DNA of 64,000 nucleotides, taken from the NCBI GenBank assembly GCA_038523235.1, contig JBCBJQ010000008.1:53614-117613 (forward strand). Direction: 5' to 3'. The position numbers were made by a program, and so were the translations under genes. The stretch comes from Cyanobacteria bacterium J06626_4 (GTDB taxonomy: Bacteria > Cyanobacteriota > Cyanobacteriia > Phormidesmidales > Phormidesmidaceae). The notes below the pieces were generated by a model. The model saw only the letters and a program-made list of their open reading frames with translations, did not search any database and was not told where the DNA came from. This document shows, one piece after another, positions 8,306-17,839 of this stretch; position 1 is the first letter of the stretch, and each line of letters opens with the position of its first letter.

Positions 8306-10996
8306 TTAAAACTCCACTGAAATTGAGCCGAGCACTGTAAAAGGCGCACCAGGAATAACTCCTTGTCTACCTGCCGTACCTTCAATGAATTGGGAATCAA
8401 AGAGATTTTGAAAATTCAGGCCGAACCGATAGTTATCTCGCTCATAGGAAATTGCCGCATCGACACGAGTGTAGCCATCAACAAAGAAAGAATTGTCCAG
8501 GTCTCCCGCCCGTTCGCTGACATAAAATAAGCCTGCGCCAAATCCTAAACCGGCCAAACCACCCTCTTGGATAGTGTATTTTGTCCACAGGTTAAAATTG
8601 TGTTCTGGCACGTTGACCAGGCGATTGCCTTCAGGAATATCATTGTCCTCTGTCACCTCCGCATCGGTGTAGGCGTAACCGGCAAAAATATTCCAGCCCG
8701 GTAAGATTTCCCCTTGTATATCCAATTCAATGCCTCGACTTCTTTGTTCCCCTGTTTGTATATCAAACCCAGGATTATCGGGGTCTGATGTCGTTACATT
8801 CGTGAGGGTCGTGTCATAGAAAGCCAGCGTTGAAAAAAGACGGCCTGGGATGATGTCAGTTTTCACCCCAACTTCAAACCCCGTTCCCCGTTGGGGGTCA
8901 AATGGCTCGTTATCAACATTTCTTCCACCTACAGGAGTAAAAGAGCGGGTATAGCTAGCATAGAGAGAAACGGGCTCGACAGGACGATAGACAATGCCAA
9001 CGCGAGGAGAAAACGCATCTGCATTCGTTTCTGACAATTCTTCGTCAGGATTTCCTGCCTCTTGATTAAAAGTATCAAATCTCCCACCAACAACTAGCTG
9101 AAGATTGTCCAAGATAGCGATTTGGTCTTGTAAATAAATTCCAAACGACTCTCTCCTTAGGTCAAAAGACTCAAGAGGTGAAAATTCTTCTTCAAAAGTA
9201 AATTCTGTTGCAGGATTAAAGATATCAACGGTTGCCCCCCCTCTGTCTCTGAACGTAGCTTCCCGAGATTGATAGGCATATTCCAAGCCAAATAAGAGCG
9301 TGTGCTCGATCGCGCCCGTATTGAACTCAGCAATTAAGTCATTTTGAATAGCAAAAGTTTCAGCAGGCGCACTGAGCACATCTTCATCTACAGGAAAATT
9401 GCGGTCATCTTCCGACGGACCATCAATTTGTATGTTCCTTGGTTCTTCTTCACTGGTGGTTGTATAGCGTAGAAGTGAGCGTAGAGATAGATTGTCGTTA
9501 AAACGATGGTCGAGATAGAGTTCGGTGCGGGTTTCTTCAAACTCAGATGGAGTATCGGGATCGCCTAGAAAGGTATCAAAGGGAATATCGGCAACTTCGT
9601 CGTCGCTTAAAATCACCAGTCCCTGATCTTGTGGTCGAGTGTCATTTAAGTAAGAGAACTCCAAAGTTAACTCTGTGTTGTCACTAATTTCCCAAGACAA
9701 CGTTGGCGCGATAAAAAAACGTTCGGTATCTACGCCATCACGGAAGCTACCGGCATTTTCATAAGCCGCGTTTAAGCGATAGGCTAGGCTGCCGTCTGCC
9801 GTTAACGGTCCAGAGAAATCTAGAGTCGGACGGGTAAAATCAAAGCTCCCCATCGTAAATCCAACTTCGTAAAACGGTTCGCGCAGCGGCTGCTTGGTCA
9901 CAAAGTTGATAATGCCCGATGGTTCGGCACGTCCGAATAGAACAGATGCGGGTCCTTTCAGTACTTCCACGCGCTCGATGTTAGCTAACTCCACTGCGGT
10001 ACGAGACGAGAAGAGAAAATCACCACGAAAGCCATTGCGAAACGCCTCTGCAGTGAAACCTCGAAGAATAAATCGTTCCTGGCGACCTGTAGCTGAGTTT
10101 GCGAAGCTAACACCACTAGCATTTCGTACGATGTCACGTACGTTAGTCGCCCCCTGGTCCCTGATCACCTGCTGCGGTATCACCTGAATCGAAGAAGGCG
10201 TATCGCGAATATCCACACCCGTTCTCAGCGTACTCGGCGCATTAGGCACAAAGTAATCAGAGCCCGCCTCTTCTCCAGTCACCACCACTTGAATCGCGTC
10301 ATCATCAGCATCGGTGGCGGTGGCAACTCCCGGCGTTACGCTTAGCACCAGGGTGCCCGCATCAGCACTAATCTGCGCCTGCGGCACCGCCTCCGTGCCG
10401 GTAATCGAAATCTGCACGCGGTCACCGGGTAAATTCGTCACGCTCACCAGCGCAATCCCCTCCGCTGGGCCAAACTGCTCAAACGCCTCGCCGTCAGGTA
10501 AATCCAGCACCGCATTGGGGATTTCGGCAATCAGTGCCTCCCCTACCGCCTGAGTCGCGGGCGCGGTCAGGTCGCCGCCTGCCGTTTCTAGCACCACTTG
10601 CAGCCCCGCTGCTGTCTCTTCTACCCGCACATTCGTAATCGTGACCCGCGACTGGGCAATTTGCGCCTGCCATTCCTCCACCGTGGTGGCGGGTGGGTTG
10701 GCGGCAGCGGACTCAGTCCGATGAATGTCTTCTACCGAGATCACAGGCGAGTCTATTGCCGCTGACGCCGATTCACTGACTGTCTCTGTTGGGGCGGTGG
10801 GCGAGTCGGCGGCGATCGCCTCGCCGCTGCTGACATCCTCTGCCAGGATGCCGGGGCTCTCTAATACCTCGATTTCCTGCGCCTCAGCCGATAGCGCCAA
10901 AGCCCCCGCCCAGCTACTCGCCAGGGCAACCATCAGTCCCAGGCAGCGGGCCTTAGCAAAGGGGCGCTGTCCTACTCCATTTTGAAGATTCATCAT
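8306..10996 (-). CDS. TonB-dependent siderophore receptor (FhuA/FoxA-like) with AMIN domain
   Basis: SIQVIPQQV, ERVEVLKGPASVLFG, FSPRVGIVY, GEQRSRGIELD, C-terminal ISVEF. Confidence 0.93.
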   Translation of the reverse strand: MMNLQNGVGQRPFAKARCLGLMVALASSWAGALALSAEAQEIEVLESPGILAEDVSSGEAIAADSPTAPTETVSESASAAIDSPVISVEDIHRTESAAANPPATTVEEWQAQIAQSRVTITNVRVEETAAGLQVVLETAGGDLTAPATQAVGEALIAEIPNAVLDLPDGEAFEQFGPAEGIALVSVTNLPGDRVQISITGTEAVPQAQISADAGTLVLSVTPGVATATDADDDAIQVVVTGEEAGSDYFVPNAPSTLRTGVDIRDTPSSIQVIPQQVIRDQGATNVRDIVRNASGVSFANSATGRQERFILRGFTAEAFRNGFRGDFLFSSRTAVELANIERVEVLKGPASVLFGRAEPSGIINFVTKQPLREPFYEVGFTMGSFDFTRPTLDFSGPLTADGSLAYRLNAAYENAGSFRDGVDTERFFIAPTLSWEISDNTELTLEFSYLNDTRPQDQGLVILSDDEVADIPFDTFLGDPDTPSEFEETRTELYLDHRFNDNLSLRSLLRYTTTSEEEPRNIQIDGPSEDDRNFPVDEDVLSAPAETFAIQNDLIAEFNTGAIEHTLLFGLEYAYQSREATFRDRGGATVDIFNPATEFTFEEEFSPLESFDLRRESFGIYLQDQIAILDNLQLVVGGRFDTFNQEAGNPDEELSETNADAFSPRVGIVYRPVEPVSLYASYTRSFTPVGGRNVDNEPFDPQRGTGFEVGVKTDIIPGRLFSTLAFYDTTLTNVTTSDPDNPGFDIQTGEQRSRGIELDIQGEILPGWNIFAGYAYTDAEVTEDNDIPEGNRLVNVPEHNFNLWTKYTIQEGGLAGLGFGAGLFYVSERAGDLDNSFFVDGYTRVDAAISYERDNYRFGLNFQNLFDSQFIEGTAGRQGVIPGAPFTVLGSISVEF

Positions 10997-11007
10997 GCCT
11001 CACACTA

Positions 11008-11026
11008 AATGCAAATGATTCGCAAG
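11008..11026. promoter_or_regulatory. Fur-like box
   Basis: AATGCAAATGATTCGCAAG. Confidence 0.7.
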
Positions 11027-11062
11027 TGCGAGCATCTTACAGAGGACGGATAGTCGTGTCAG

Positions 11063-11100
11063 TTCCTATCGGGACCTTTTCCATTCCTAGCGGGACTTTT
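11063..11100 (-). promoter_or_regulatory. Putative AraC operator (21-bp period)
   Basis: TTCCTATCGGGACCTTT at 11063 and TTCCTAGCGGGACTTTT at 11084. Confidence 0.7.
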
Positions 11101-11115
11101 TGGTCGCGATCGCCC

Positions 11116-12117
11116 TTAATGCCGTAGCGATCGCGGATTTACCCCAAACCGTTTCCGAAAAGCTGCCGCAAAATGTCCTTGGCTGGTGTAGCCCACTGCG
11201 GAAGCGGCTTGGGTAACCGTCATATCTCCTGTCAACAAAAGTTGTCTGGCCTGTTCTAACCGCTCGGTCTTCACATAGCCAAATACAGTCGTGTCAAGCA
11301 CCTGCCGAAACCCCGCCTTCAGCTTTTTATCATTTAGCCCTACCCGACGGGCCAGCACAATAGTCGAGGGCGGGTCAACCAGCTCCCGCCGCAAAATATT
11401 CACCGCCTCATACACCCGCTCAACATCCGCCGCCTTCAGCGCTTGCGGAGGACACTCCCCCTGCTCTAGCTCCACCCACTGGTCTATCTGGAGTGCCAGC
11501 AATTCCAGCGCCTTACTCTCCAAAAATAGTCGCTTGATGCCGTGACTGTAGGGACAGTGCAATATTTGCTGTAGCACTTTGTGCATGGCTGGGGTCATAT
11601 TGCCCAGAGACTGATGAAAGCGCCGCTGCTCTCCTGTCAGGGTTTGCCGCAGCAGATCTGGCAAAAACCCTAAGTCCATGCCAATCGTCTGGAAAAAGTG
11701 AGGTTCGATATGCAAGCGGAGGAACTGTCTGTGCTGATCCGCTAAGTAAATTTCGGTTTCTTGAATATCTGGCAGCGCAAGAAAGTAGCTTTGGCCAGCC
11801 GCTTCACAATACTCTTCTGGCACCCCTGGAATGCCTGAGCAGCGGACTCCTTGATACCCAGACAGACAAAACTTCGCTATCAACGGCATTTCATCAGGGT
11901 GCTCACCCTTAATACCGACGTCTCTATAGGGTTTGTCATCAGACCATCTTAAAGAAAGCCCTGACTGTAGCCGCAGCACCCATACATTGTCAGTGCTATA
12001 TCGATCCTGGCAGTGGAACATCCAATCAAAGCCGTCGGTGTTGTAGGCGATAGTACCTCTGGCTTCGAGGCAATCTTGCCGTTGCTGATAGTAAGCTTCC
12101 GAGGTGATGATATCCAT
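11116..12117 (-). CDS. AraC/PchR-family regulator
   Basis: QILHCPY...LESKALELL, double HTH. Confidence 0.93.
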   Translation of the reverse strand: MDIITSEAYYQQRQDCLEARGTIAYNTDGFDWMFHCQDRYSTDNVWVLRLQSGLSLRWSDDKPYRDVGIKGEHPDEMPLIAKFCLSGYQGVRCSGIPGVPEEYCEAAGQSYFLALPDIQETEIYLADQHRQFLRLHIEPHFFQTIGMDLGFLPDLLRQTLTGEQRRFHQSLGNMTPAMHKVLQQILHCPYSHGIKRLFLESKALELLALQIDQWVELEQGECPPQALKAADVERVYEAVNILRRELVDPPSTIVLARRVGLNDKKLKAGFRQVLDTTVFGYVKTERLEQARQLLLTGDMTVTQAASAVGYTSQGHFAAAFRKRFGVNPRSLRH

Positions 12118-12145
12118 GTGAGGCGACGCGATTCTTAGCAGGATA

Positions 12146-12164
12146 GTTGAAAACTATTCCTATT
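12146..12164. promoter_or_regulatory. Fur-like box upstream of AraC
   Basis: GTTGAAAACTATTCCTATT. Confidence 0.55.
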
Positions 12165-12312
12165 AATGAAATAGATCGAGACCGCAACTGTCAAGTGCCC
12201 TGGTTTATGTCGGCTACCTGCCATGGCGCTTGGCCTTGCTCAGAGCCTGGCCCGGCCGCCCCAGTAGATCAGAAACTCCCAGGTCCCAGGCCACTGACGC
12301 AAAAACTTCGCC

Positions 12313-13239
12313 TCAGTCTAAACAAGCTTCAATATCTTGCAAAATCTGGTTGGCTGCCAGAATGCTGCGCCCACCAGCCCAAATCGCACTGCTGACTTCA
12401 CAAACGACACCCCGTTCAACCGCATTAAGCGTTGACCAGAGCGGATCGCTGACAAATTCTGCCTTGGTGATGCTGCCCTCGGACTGCGAGTCATACATCA
12501 AAAACACAATATCGCCATCAATGGCAGCGAGATCTTCTTTCGAGGGCTGCAGCGCGTAGCGTGAGCTTTGGGCCTGGATGGGATTGCGATTGAACCCTAA
12601 ATCTTGCAGGATCGACCCAGAAAAACTGTTGGCTGTATAGGCTAAAACACCCCCGCTCCAGTGGGCTACCACGGATACAGTCGGATTCCGTGGCATCACC
12701 TGCTCAAGGTCAGATTTCAAGGTGTTGACCCGCTGTTGGTAATCAGCTAACAACTCTTCTGCTTTGGCAAGCTGACCCAACGCATCGGCATGGAGCAGAA
12801 AGTGCTCTTGCCAATTACCGTGACGCCCATTGTCTTCCGTAAAAATGGTGGGCGCGATCCGCGATAGCCTTCGATAAGCGCCCCGCTCAACGACTTTTGA
12901 CCCTAAAATCAAGTCTGGCTCTAGCTCTAAAATCGTTTCTAAATTGGGATAAAAGCCTGCACCGATTGAGGTGATGTCTCGGCTAGCGTTGGGGTAAATC
13001 GGGGAAATGGCCTCCTCGGGTCTGCCAATGAGGGTCACCTCTAGGGCTAAGGCCGTATCTAGAGGGGCATAGTCTAAAGCAATCACTCGCTGGGGTGAGA
13101 CGGGTACCTGAGTGGTGCCCATGGCATGCTCAATCGGGCGCATGGGCACGTCAGAATCAGGGGGCAGGGTTGGCTGACAGCTTGTCAAAAAAACGCTTGC
13201 CAGCCCTCCCAATAATCCTTTACAAGCAATGTTGGACAT
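12313..13239 (-). CDS. Siderophore-binding lipoprotein (FecB-like)
   Basis: Lipobox LTSC, IEHAMGTT, PNLETILELEPDLILG. Confidence 0.9.
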   Translation of the reverse strand: MSNIACKGLLGGLASVFLTSCQPTLPPDSDVPMRPIEHAMGTTQVPVSPQRVIALDYAPLDTALALEVTLIGRPEEAISPIYPNASRDITSIGAGFYPNLETILELEPDLILGSKVVERGAYRRLSRIAPTIFTEDNGRHGNWQEHFLLHADALGQLAKAEELLADYQQRVNTLKSDLEQVMPRNPTVSVVAHWSGGVLAYTANSFSGSILQDLGFNRNPIQAQSSRYALQPSKEDLAAIDGDIVFLMYDSQSEGSITKAEFVSDPLWSTLNAVERGVVCEVSSAIWAGGRSILAANQILQDIEACLD

Positions 13240-13246
13240 TAGGCCA

Positions 13247-15811
13247 TTAAAACTCAATCGAATAGCGCACGCTTAGGGTCGTTCCAGGTGCGGCAAAGCG
13301 GCGATCTTCAAACTGGTTAACCCGTTCTTGTGCAGTCAGCGACAGGTACTCTGTATTCAACAGGTTTTCAACCGCTAAGGTGAGGCGGCCTGAGCCGAGT
13401 TGTAAACTGCTGATTAAATCCAGGGTCACGTAGCTGTTGATCTTAAAGGGGTCAATACCCTCATCAAAAGCGCGATCGCGATCGCCGATCAACAACATCT
13501 GTAATCGATTAGTCCAACGAGGGGTTGTATTATTTTCGACATACAGCCCCAGCTTATAGGGCGGCACCGTGAGCGACCCTAAGGGCAAAAAATCACCCTC
13601 ATCACCAACATCATTTTCACCCTCGGCCCAGCTAAAGGCTCCTCCCAACCGCCAAGTGTCACTGGGCTGCCAGTCGATAGTGGCCTCCACACCATAGTTG
13701 CGCTGTGGTGCCCGGACTAATCTCGTGCCGCCAATTTCAGGATCGAATAGGAAGGAAGCGCCCAGACTCGATTCGCTATAAAACCCCGCAACACTGGCCT
13801 GCACCCGGCCAAATTCGGCTCGCGCCCCAAGCTCAAAGTTATCTACCGTTTGGGGTTGAAACAGCAAATCATCACTAATATCAAAGTCCGGTGCGACTTG
13901 TCCTAAGGCTAATCCCAAACTCGGAATCGAAAAGCCTTGAGAAAAGTTGGCAAATAACCCAACTTCTGGAATCGGTCGATAGAGCAGTCCAACATTAAAT
14001 GAAACATCATCAAAGCTGCCGCTGCCGCCGTCACGCTCACGGGGAAATTGAAAGGCGAGCTGATAAGGATCGGCCGAAAAACTAACGTTGTCGTAACGAA
14101 TACCCCCGCTAATTTGCCACTGTTCGCTGATATCCCAACGGGTTTGGGCAAACAAACCTAAATTTTCGATTTCATAAAGCGGAAATGCCGAAAACTCTTC
14201 GATAATGTTGACTTCTCGATTGGCATCAAAGGCCACCGGATCGATGAAGGCTGCTCTGTTCTCATTTTCTTCCTGGGAATAATCGACCCCCCACAGCACG
14301 TTTGCCGCATTTCCTAGGGGCGTATCCACCTGCATCCGGAGCCCTAACTCGGAGAATTCATTCAAATTCTGAAAAATCTCGGGAAAGAATTCTGGAAAGC
14401 CTCTGAATCTGATATCCCCAAATTCCTGTACAACTTCTAAGTCGGTGTAGTAAACCTGAGCGTCTAACTGAGAGCCAAAGATATCCGCATGGCGATAAGT
14501 GAGATTGAGCACATTGCTGGTTGTCTTAGGCGGTTCTTCATAGTCAAACTCTCCTAAAAATAGGGGTCTCGCCACCTGAGTTCCGGGAATATCGAGAATG
14601 GCTGGATCGCTCGTAAACTCACTGTCAGTCTGATCGCGGTAAAAACTGTAGGTGAGCCCGATACGTTGATTTTCATCAATGTCATAGCCTAACTTTGTGA
14701 GTAGCCCTAACCGGTCATATTCACCCAGGCCAACAACCGGAATAATGCGATCGCCATTAGCATCAAATTGAGCATTTCTGACGTCGTAGTTCACTGAAAT
14801 GCGGCCATCAACGCCATTCTCGGCACCAGCAACATCCAGGCCCACCGTATAACCAAAACTATCTCCTTCAATCGAGGTTAGGCCCACACGGGTGCCAATA
14901 TCGGCTCGGTAAATGACCCCTTCTTCGACCGGGGCACGAGTGATTAGATTGATGGTGCCGCCAGCCGCCCCATCCCCATAAAGGGCACTCGCTCCAGGGA
15001 TGACCTCAATCCGCTCCAAGGAGTCAGGAGAAATGGTGTTCAACTCAAAAAAGAGCGGACCATTAGGATTTTGTGGCACCCCATCCACCAGAACCTGAAT
15101 ATTGCGTCCGCGCAGGGTAAAGCCACGGGTGCCAATCTGTAGCGGCGGCGGCGAAAAACCGGGCACTAGATTCCCCAAAATATCGGGCAGATTGTTGGTG
15201 AGCTCTAACTGTTGTTGAATGGCTGCCCGCTCGATGATTCGGACTGTGCGAGGCACATCCAACACATCTTCTTCCGTACGAGTAGCGGTCACCACAACCT
15301 GAATGGTGTCAGCATCCTCGATCACGGCTGAGGCGATGCCGGGTTCGACGCTGAAGACCAGATTGTTAGCTTGAGGGTTCACCTGTGCCGCTGGCGGGGC
15401 ATCCGTCCCCGTAATGGCCACCTGAACGCCGCCATCCGGCAAGGGGGTCACCTGCACTAAAGCGATTCCCTCAGCCGGACTAAATTGTTCCGCAGCAGCT
15501 TCGTCAGTGAGGGCCAGGGTCGCGTTGGGAATATTGGTCACCAGGGCATTGCCGACGATCTCTGAGGTGCCTGCCGACAGGGGTTGATCAGAAACGAGCA
15601 CCACCGTGAAGCCCTCAGGTGTGGGCTCAATTTGCACATCAGTAATGACAGCGGCGGCATCTTCCGTTTGAGCCAACAAATCCGTCGCCGTCGTGGTGGC
15701 CTCCAGATCGGGTAAGGCGATTTCAGCAACCGGCTCAGCGGCAGCGATAGGCATCGCGATCGCCACGCCTGCGATCGTCAACAGTCCAAAACTCAACGGT
15801 TTCATTATCAT
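13247..15811 (-). CDS. TonB-dependent receptor, IutA/SchT-like, AMIN domain
   Basis: Close paralog of 105..2786; start moved to MIMKP. Confidence 0.93.
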   Translation of the reverse strand: MIMKPLSFGLLTIAGVAIAMPIAAAEPVAEIALPDLEATTTATDLLAQTEDAAAVITDVQIEPTPEGFTVVLVSDQPLSAGTSEIVGNALVTNIPNATLALTDEAAAEQFSPAEGIALVQVTPLPDGGVQVAITGTDAPPAAQVNPQANNLVFSVEPGIASAVIEDADTIQVVVTATRTEEDVLDVPRTVRIIERAAIQQQLELTNNLPDILGNLVPGFSPPPLQIGTRGFTLRGRNIQVLVDGVPQNPNGPLFFELNTISPDSLERIEVIPGASALYGDGAAGGTINLITRAPVEEGVIYRADIGTRVGLTSIEGDSFGYTVGLDVAGAENGVDGRISVNYDVRNAQFDANGDRIIPVVGLGEYDRLGLLTKLGYDIDENQRIGLTYSFYRDQTDSEFTSDPAILDIPGTQVARPLFLGEFDYEEPPKTTSNVLNLTYRHADIFGSQLDAQVYYTDLEVVQEFGDIRFRGFPEFFPEIFQNLNEFSELGLRMQVDTPLGNAANVLWGVDYSQEENENRAAFIDPVAFDANREVNIIEEFSAFPLYEIENLGLFAQTRWDISEQWQISGGIRYDNVSFSADPYQLAFQFPRERDGGSGSFDDVSFNVGLLYRPIPEVGLFANFSQGFSIPSLGLALGQVAPDFDISDDLLFQPQTVDNFELGARAEFGRVQASVAGFYSESSLGASFLFDPEIGGTRLVRAPQRNYGVEATIDWQPSDTWRLGGAFSWAEGENDVGDEGDFLPLGSLTVPPYKLGLYVENNTTPRWTNRLQMLLIGDRDRAFDEGIDPFKINSYVTLDLISSLQLGSGRLTLAVENLLNTEYLSLTAQERVNQFEDRRFAAPGTTLSVRYSIEF

Positions 15812-15866
15812 CACTTTCACACCACAAGCAGCAGACAAATAGCAGCCCGCTATATTCCACAACACT

Positions 15867-15885
15867 AGTGAGAAGGTTTCTCAAC
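15867..15885. promoter_or_regulatory. Fur-like box
   Basis: AGTGAGAAGGTTTCTCAAC flanked by ACTAGT. Confidence 0.7.
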
Positions 15886-15920
15886 TAGTTGGGGTTCAAT
15901 CTAGGGGATTTAGAGATGAC

Positions 15921-15962
15921 TTTTCTCTTCAAAACAGACTTTTTTCTCTTCAAAACAGACTT
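15921..15962 (-). promoter_or_regulatory. Putative AraC operator (perfect 21-bp tandem repeat)
   Basis: TTTTCTCTTCAAAACAGACTT twice. Confidence 0.75.
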
Positions 15963-15967
15963 TTTTC

Positions 15968-16363
15968 TTAAAGCACCCGACGTTGCTTTAACTGATAGCC
16001 TTTCGGAGACATGCCAAACTGCCGCCGAAAAGCGTTGCTAAACGCCGTCGCACTGTCATAACCAATGGCTGTGGCCACGGCGACGATTGAGCGCTGCTGG
16101 GTTAGCAATTTACAGGCTGTTTGCATGCGCGGCTGGGTTAAATAGCCAAAAACGGTAGTATCACAAACCTGTCGAAAGCCTTCCCTGAGTTTGCGTTCAT
16201 TGAGATTCACTTGCCGCGCCAATTCTGCTGTGGAAGGCGGCTGGCTCATATTTTGATCCAGAATGGCCTGAGCTTGATAAAGCTGCTCAATGGCAGACGA
16301 TGTGAGGGAGATCGCTGGCTGCTGGGAATACTGTTCTGCCCAAGTGGCAAACTGGAAGGCCAA
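15968..16363 (-). pseudogene. 5'-truncated AraC regulator (linker and HTH only)
   Basis: HTH region nearly identical to that of 17840..18838; sensor domain absent. Confidence 0.85.
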
Positions 16364-16384
16364 CTTGTCATGGCTACCAGAGGT

Positions 16385-17332
16385 TCAATCAGTCTGAGCA
16401 AGGCACGCTTCCACATCAGTCAAAATCTGGTTGGCCGCCAAAATACTCCGACCGGCACCCCAAACCGCTCCTGGCACTTCGCAAACTTGATTCTGCCGAA
16501 CAGCTTGTAGCTGAGACCATACGGGATCAGTAATAAATTCTTCTTTTTGAATGCCTACTGAAAAGTCAGGGGAATAAATGAAGAAAATATAGTCACCATC
16601 GAGCTTATCTAACGCTTCAGCAGAGAACTCCACCACATAGTTACGGGTGATATCTTGTGCGGGGGGACGAGAGAGCCCCACATCGACCAGCACTGAGCCG
16701 GAAAAACTATTGACTGTATACGCGCCGATGCGATCTCCGTAGGTTGACAACACAGAAATTTCGAGATCTGCTGGTTGCGCTATCGCGTCCTCCAACTGCT
16801 GTGCCCGGTCGCGATAGCGCTGCAAAAGCTGCCCGGCTTGCTCAAGCTGCCCCAGCGCTTCCGCATAGAGCAAAAAATTTTCCTGCCAGTCACTTTCTCG
16901 ACCGCTGCCCTCCGTCATTACCGTCGGGGCAATTTGCGACAGTTGGCGATAAAGTCGGCGAGGAGTACCGATCTTAGAGCCCAAAATCAAATCAGGTTCA
17001 AGCTGCAAAATTGCTTCTAAATTTGGCTGATTGCCATCGCCGACAATGGTGATATCGGTGACGGCCTCACCCAAATAATCTGGTAGCGACCCATAGATTA
17101 TCGTTCCAACCGGTTGAATATTTAAGGCCACAGCGGTATCCAATGGAGCTGTATCTAGCACCACCACTCGCTGTGGAGATACCGGCACCTGAGTTTCTCC
17201 ATAGGCATGAGCCACTGTACGAGCTGGCCCAGAGACAGCCGCAGGTGGTTGAGTTGAACCAGGCTGACAGCCGATGACTAGAGCCCCGCTCATCAGCCAG
17301 CCGACGATGTTGGAATGCCGCAACTTAACCAT
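16385..17332 (-). CDS. Siderophore-binding lipoprotein (FecB-like)
   Basis: Lipobox VIGC, PQRVVVLD, PNLEAILQLEPDLILG; GGAG before the ATG at 17332. Confidence 0.9.
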   Translation of the reverse strand: MVKLRHSNIVGWLMSGALVIGCQPGSTQPPAAVSGPARTVAHAYGETQVPVSPQRVVVLDTAPLDTAVALNIQPVGTIIYGSLPDYLGEAVTDITIVGDGNQPNLEAILQLEPDLILGSKIGTPRRLYRQLSQIAPTVMTEGSGRESDWQENFLLYAEALGQLEQAGQLLQRYRDRAQQLEDAIAQPADLEISVLSTYGDRIGAYTVNSFSGSVLVDVGLSRPPAQDITRNYVVEFSAEALDKLDGDYIFFIYSPDFSVGIQKEEFITDPVWSQLQAVRQNQVCEVPGAVWGAGRSILAANQILTDVEACLAQTD

Positions 17333-17339
17333 CAATCTC

Positions 17340-17684
17340 CTATAACTCAATGGAATAGCCAAGACCTAGCGTGATGCCAGGGGCGGCATTGCGGCAATCT
17401 TCAGTTTCCGCAGTGCGTTCCTGAGAACTCGGGCAGCTATTGGTTATTTAACAGGTTGCGGATACTAACCGTCCGCCGACCATCTCCGACTTATACGGTG
17501 CTTAGCAGACCTAACGTGACATGAGTGCTGACCTGCGCCTCAGCTGGGGCATTCGTACCTGTGATCGCGACTTGCAGCGTGGCCTCGGGAACATCTGTTA
17601 CCAAGGCGTTGCCGACAATTTTCGGTGCTGCTGGAAATAGCGGTTGGTCAGAAACAGTCCAAAATTCTACGGTTTAATCATCAT
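17340..17684 (-). pseudogene. Heavily deleted IutA-like TonB-dependent receptor relic
   Basis: MMIKP*, AMIN pieces VSDQPLF..IVGNALVTDVPEATL|QVAITGTNAPAEAQV, C-terminal pieces NLLNNQ and AAPGITLGLGYSIEL*. Confidence 0.85.
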
Positions 17685-17737
17685 CACTTTCACACCACAA
17701 GCAGCAGACAAATAGCGCTCACTTACCCCACAACACT

Positions 17738-17756
17738 AGTGAGAAAGTTTCTCAAC
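17738..17756. promoter_or_regulatory. Fur-like box
   Basis: AGTGAGAAAGTTTCTCAAC. Confidence 0.7.
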
Positions 17757-17791
17757 TAGTTGCAATTCAATCTAGGGGATTTAGAGATGAC

Positions 17792-17833
17792 TTTTCTCTT
17801 TAAAACAGACTTTTTTCTCTTCAAAACAGACTT
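17792..17833 (-). promoter_or_regulatory. Putative AraC operator (21-bp tandem repeat)
   Basis: TTTTCTCTTYAAAACAGACTT twice, same as 15921. Confidence 0.75.
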
Positions 17834-17839
17834 TTTTTC

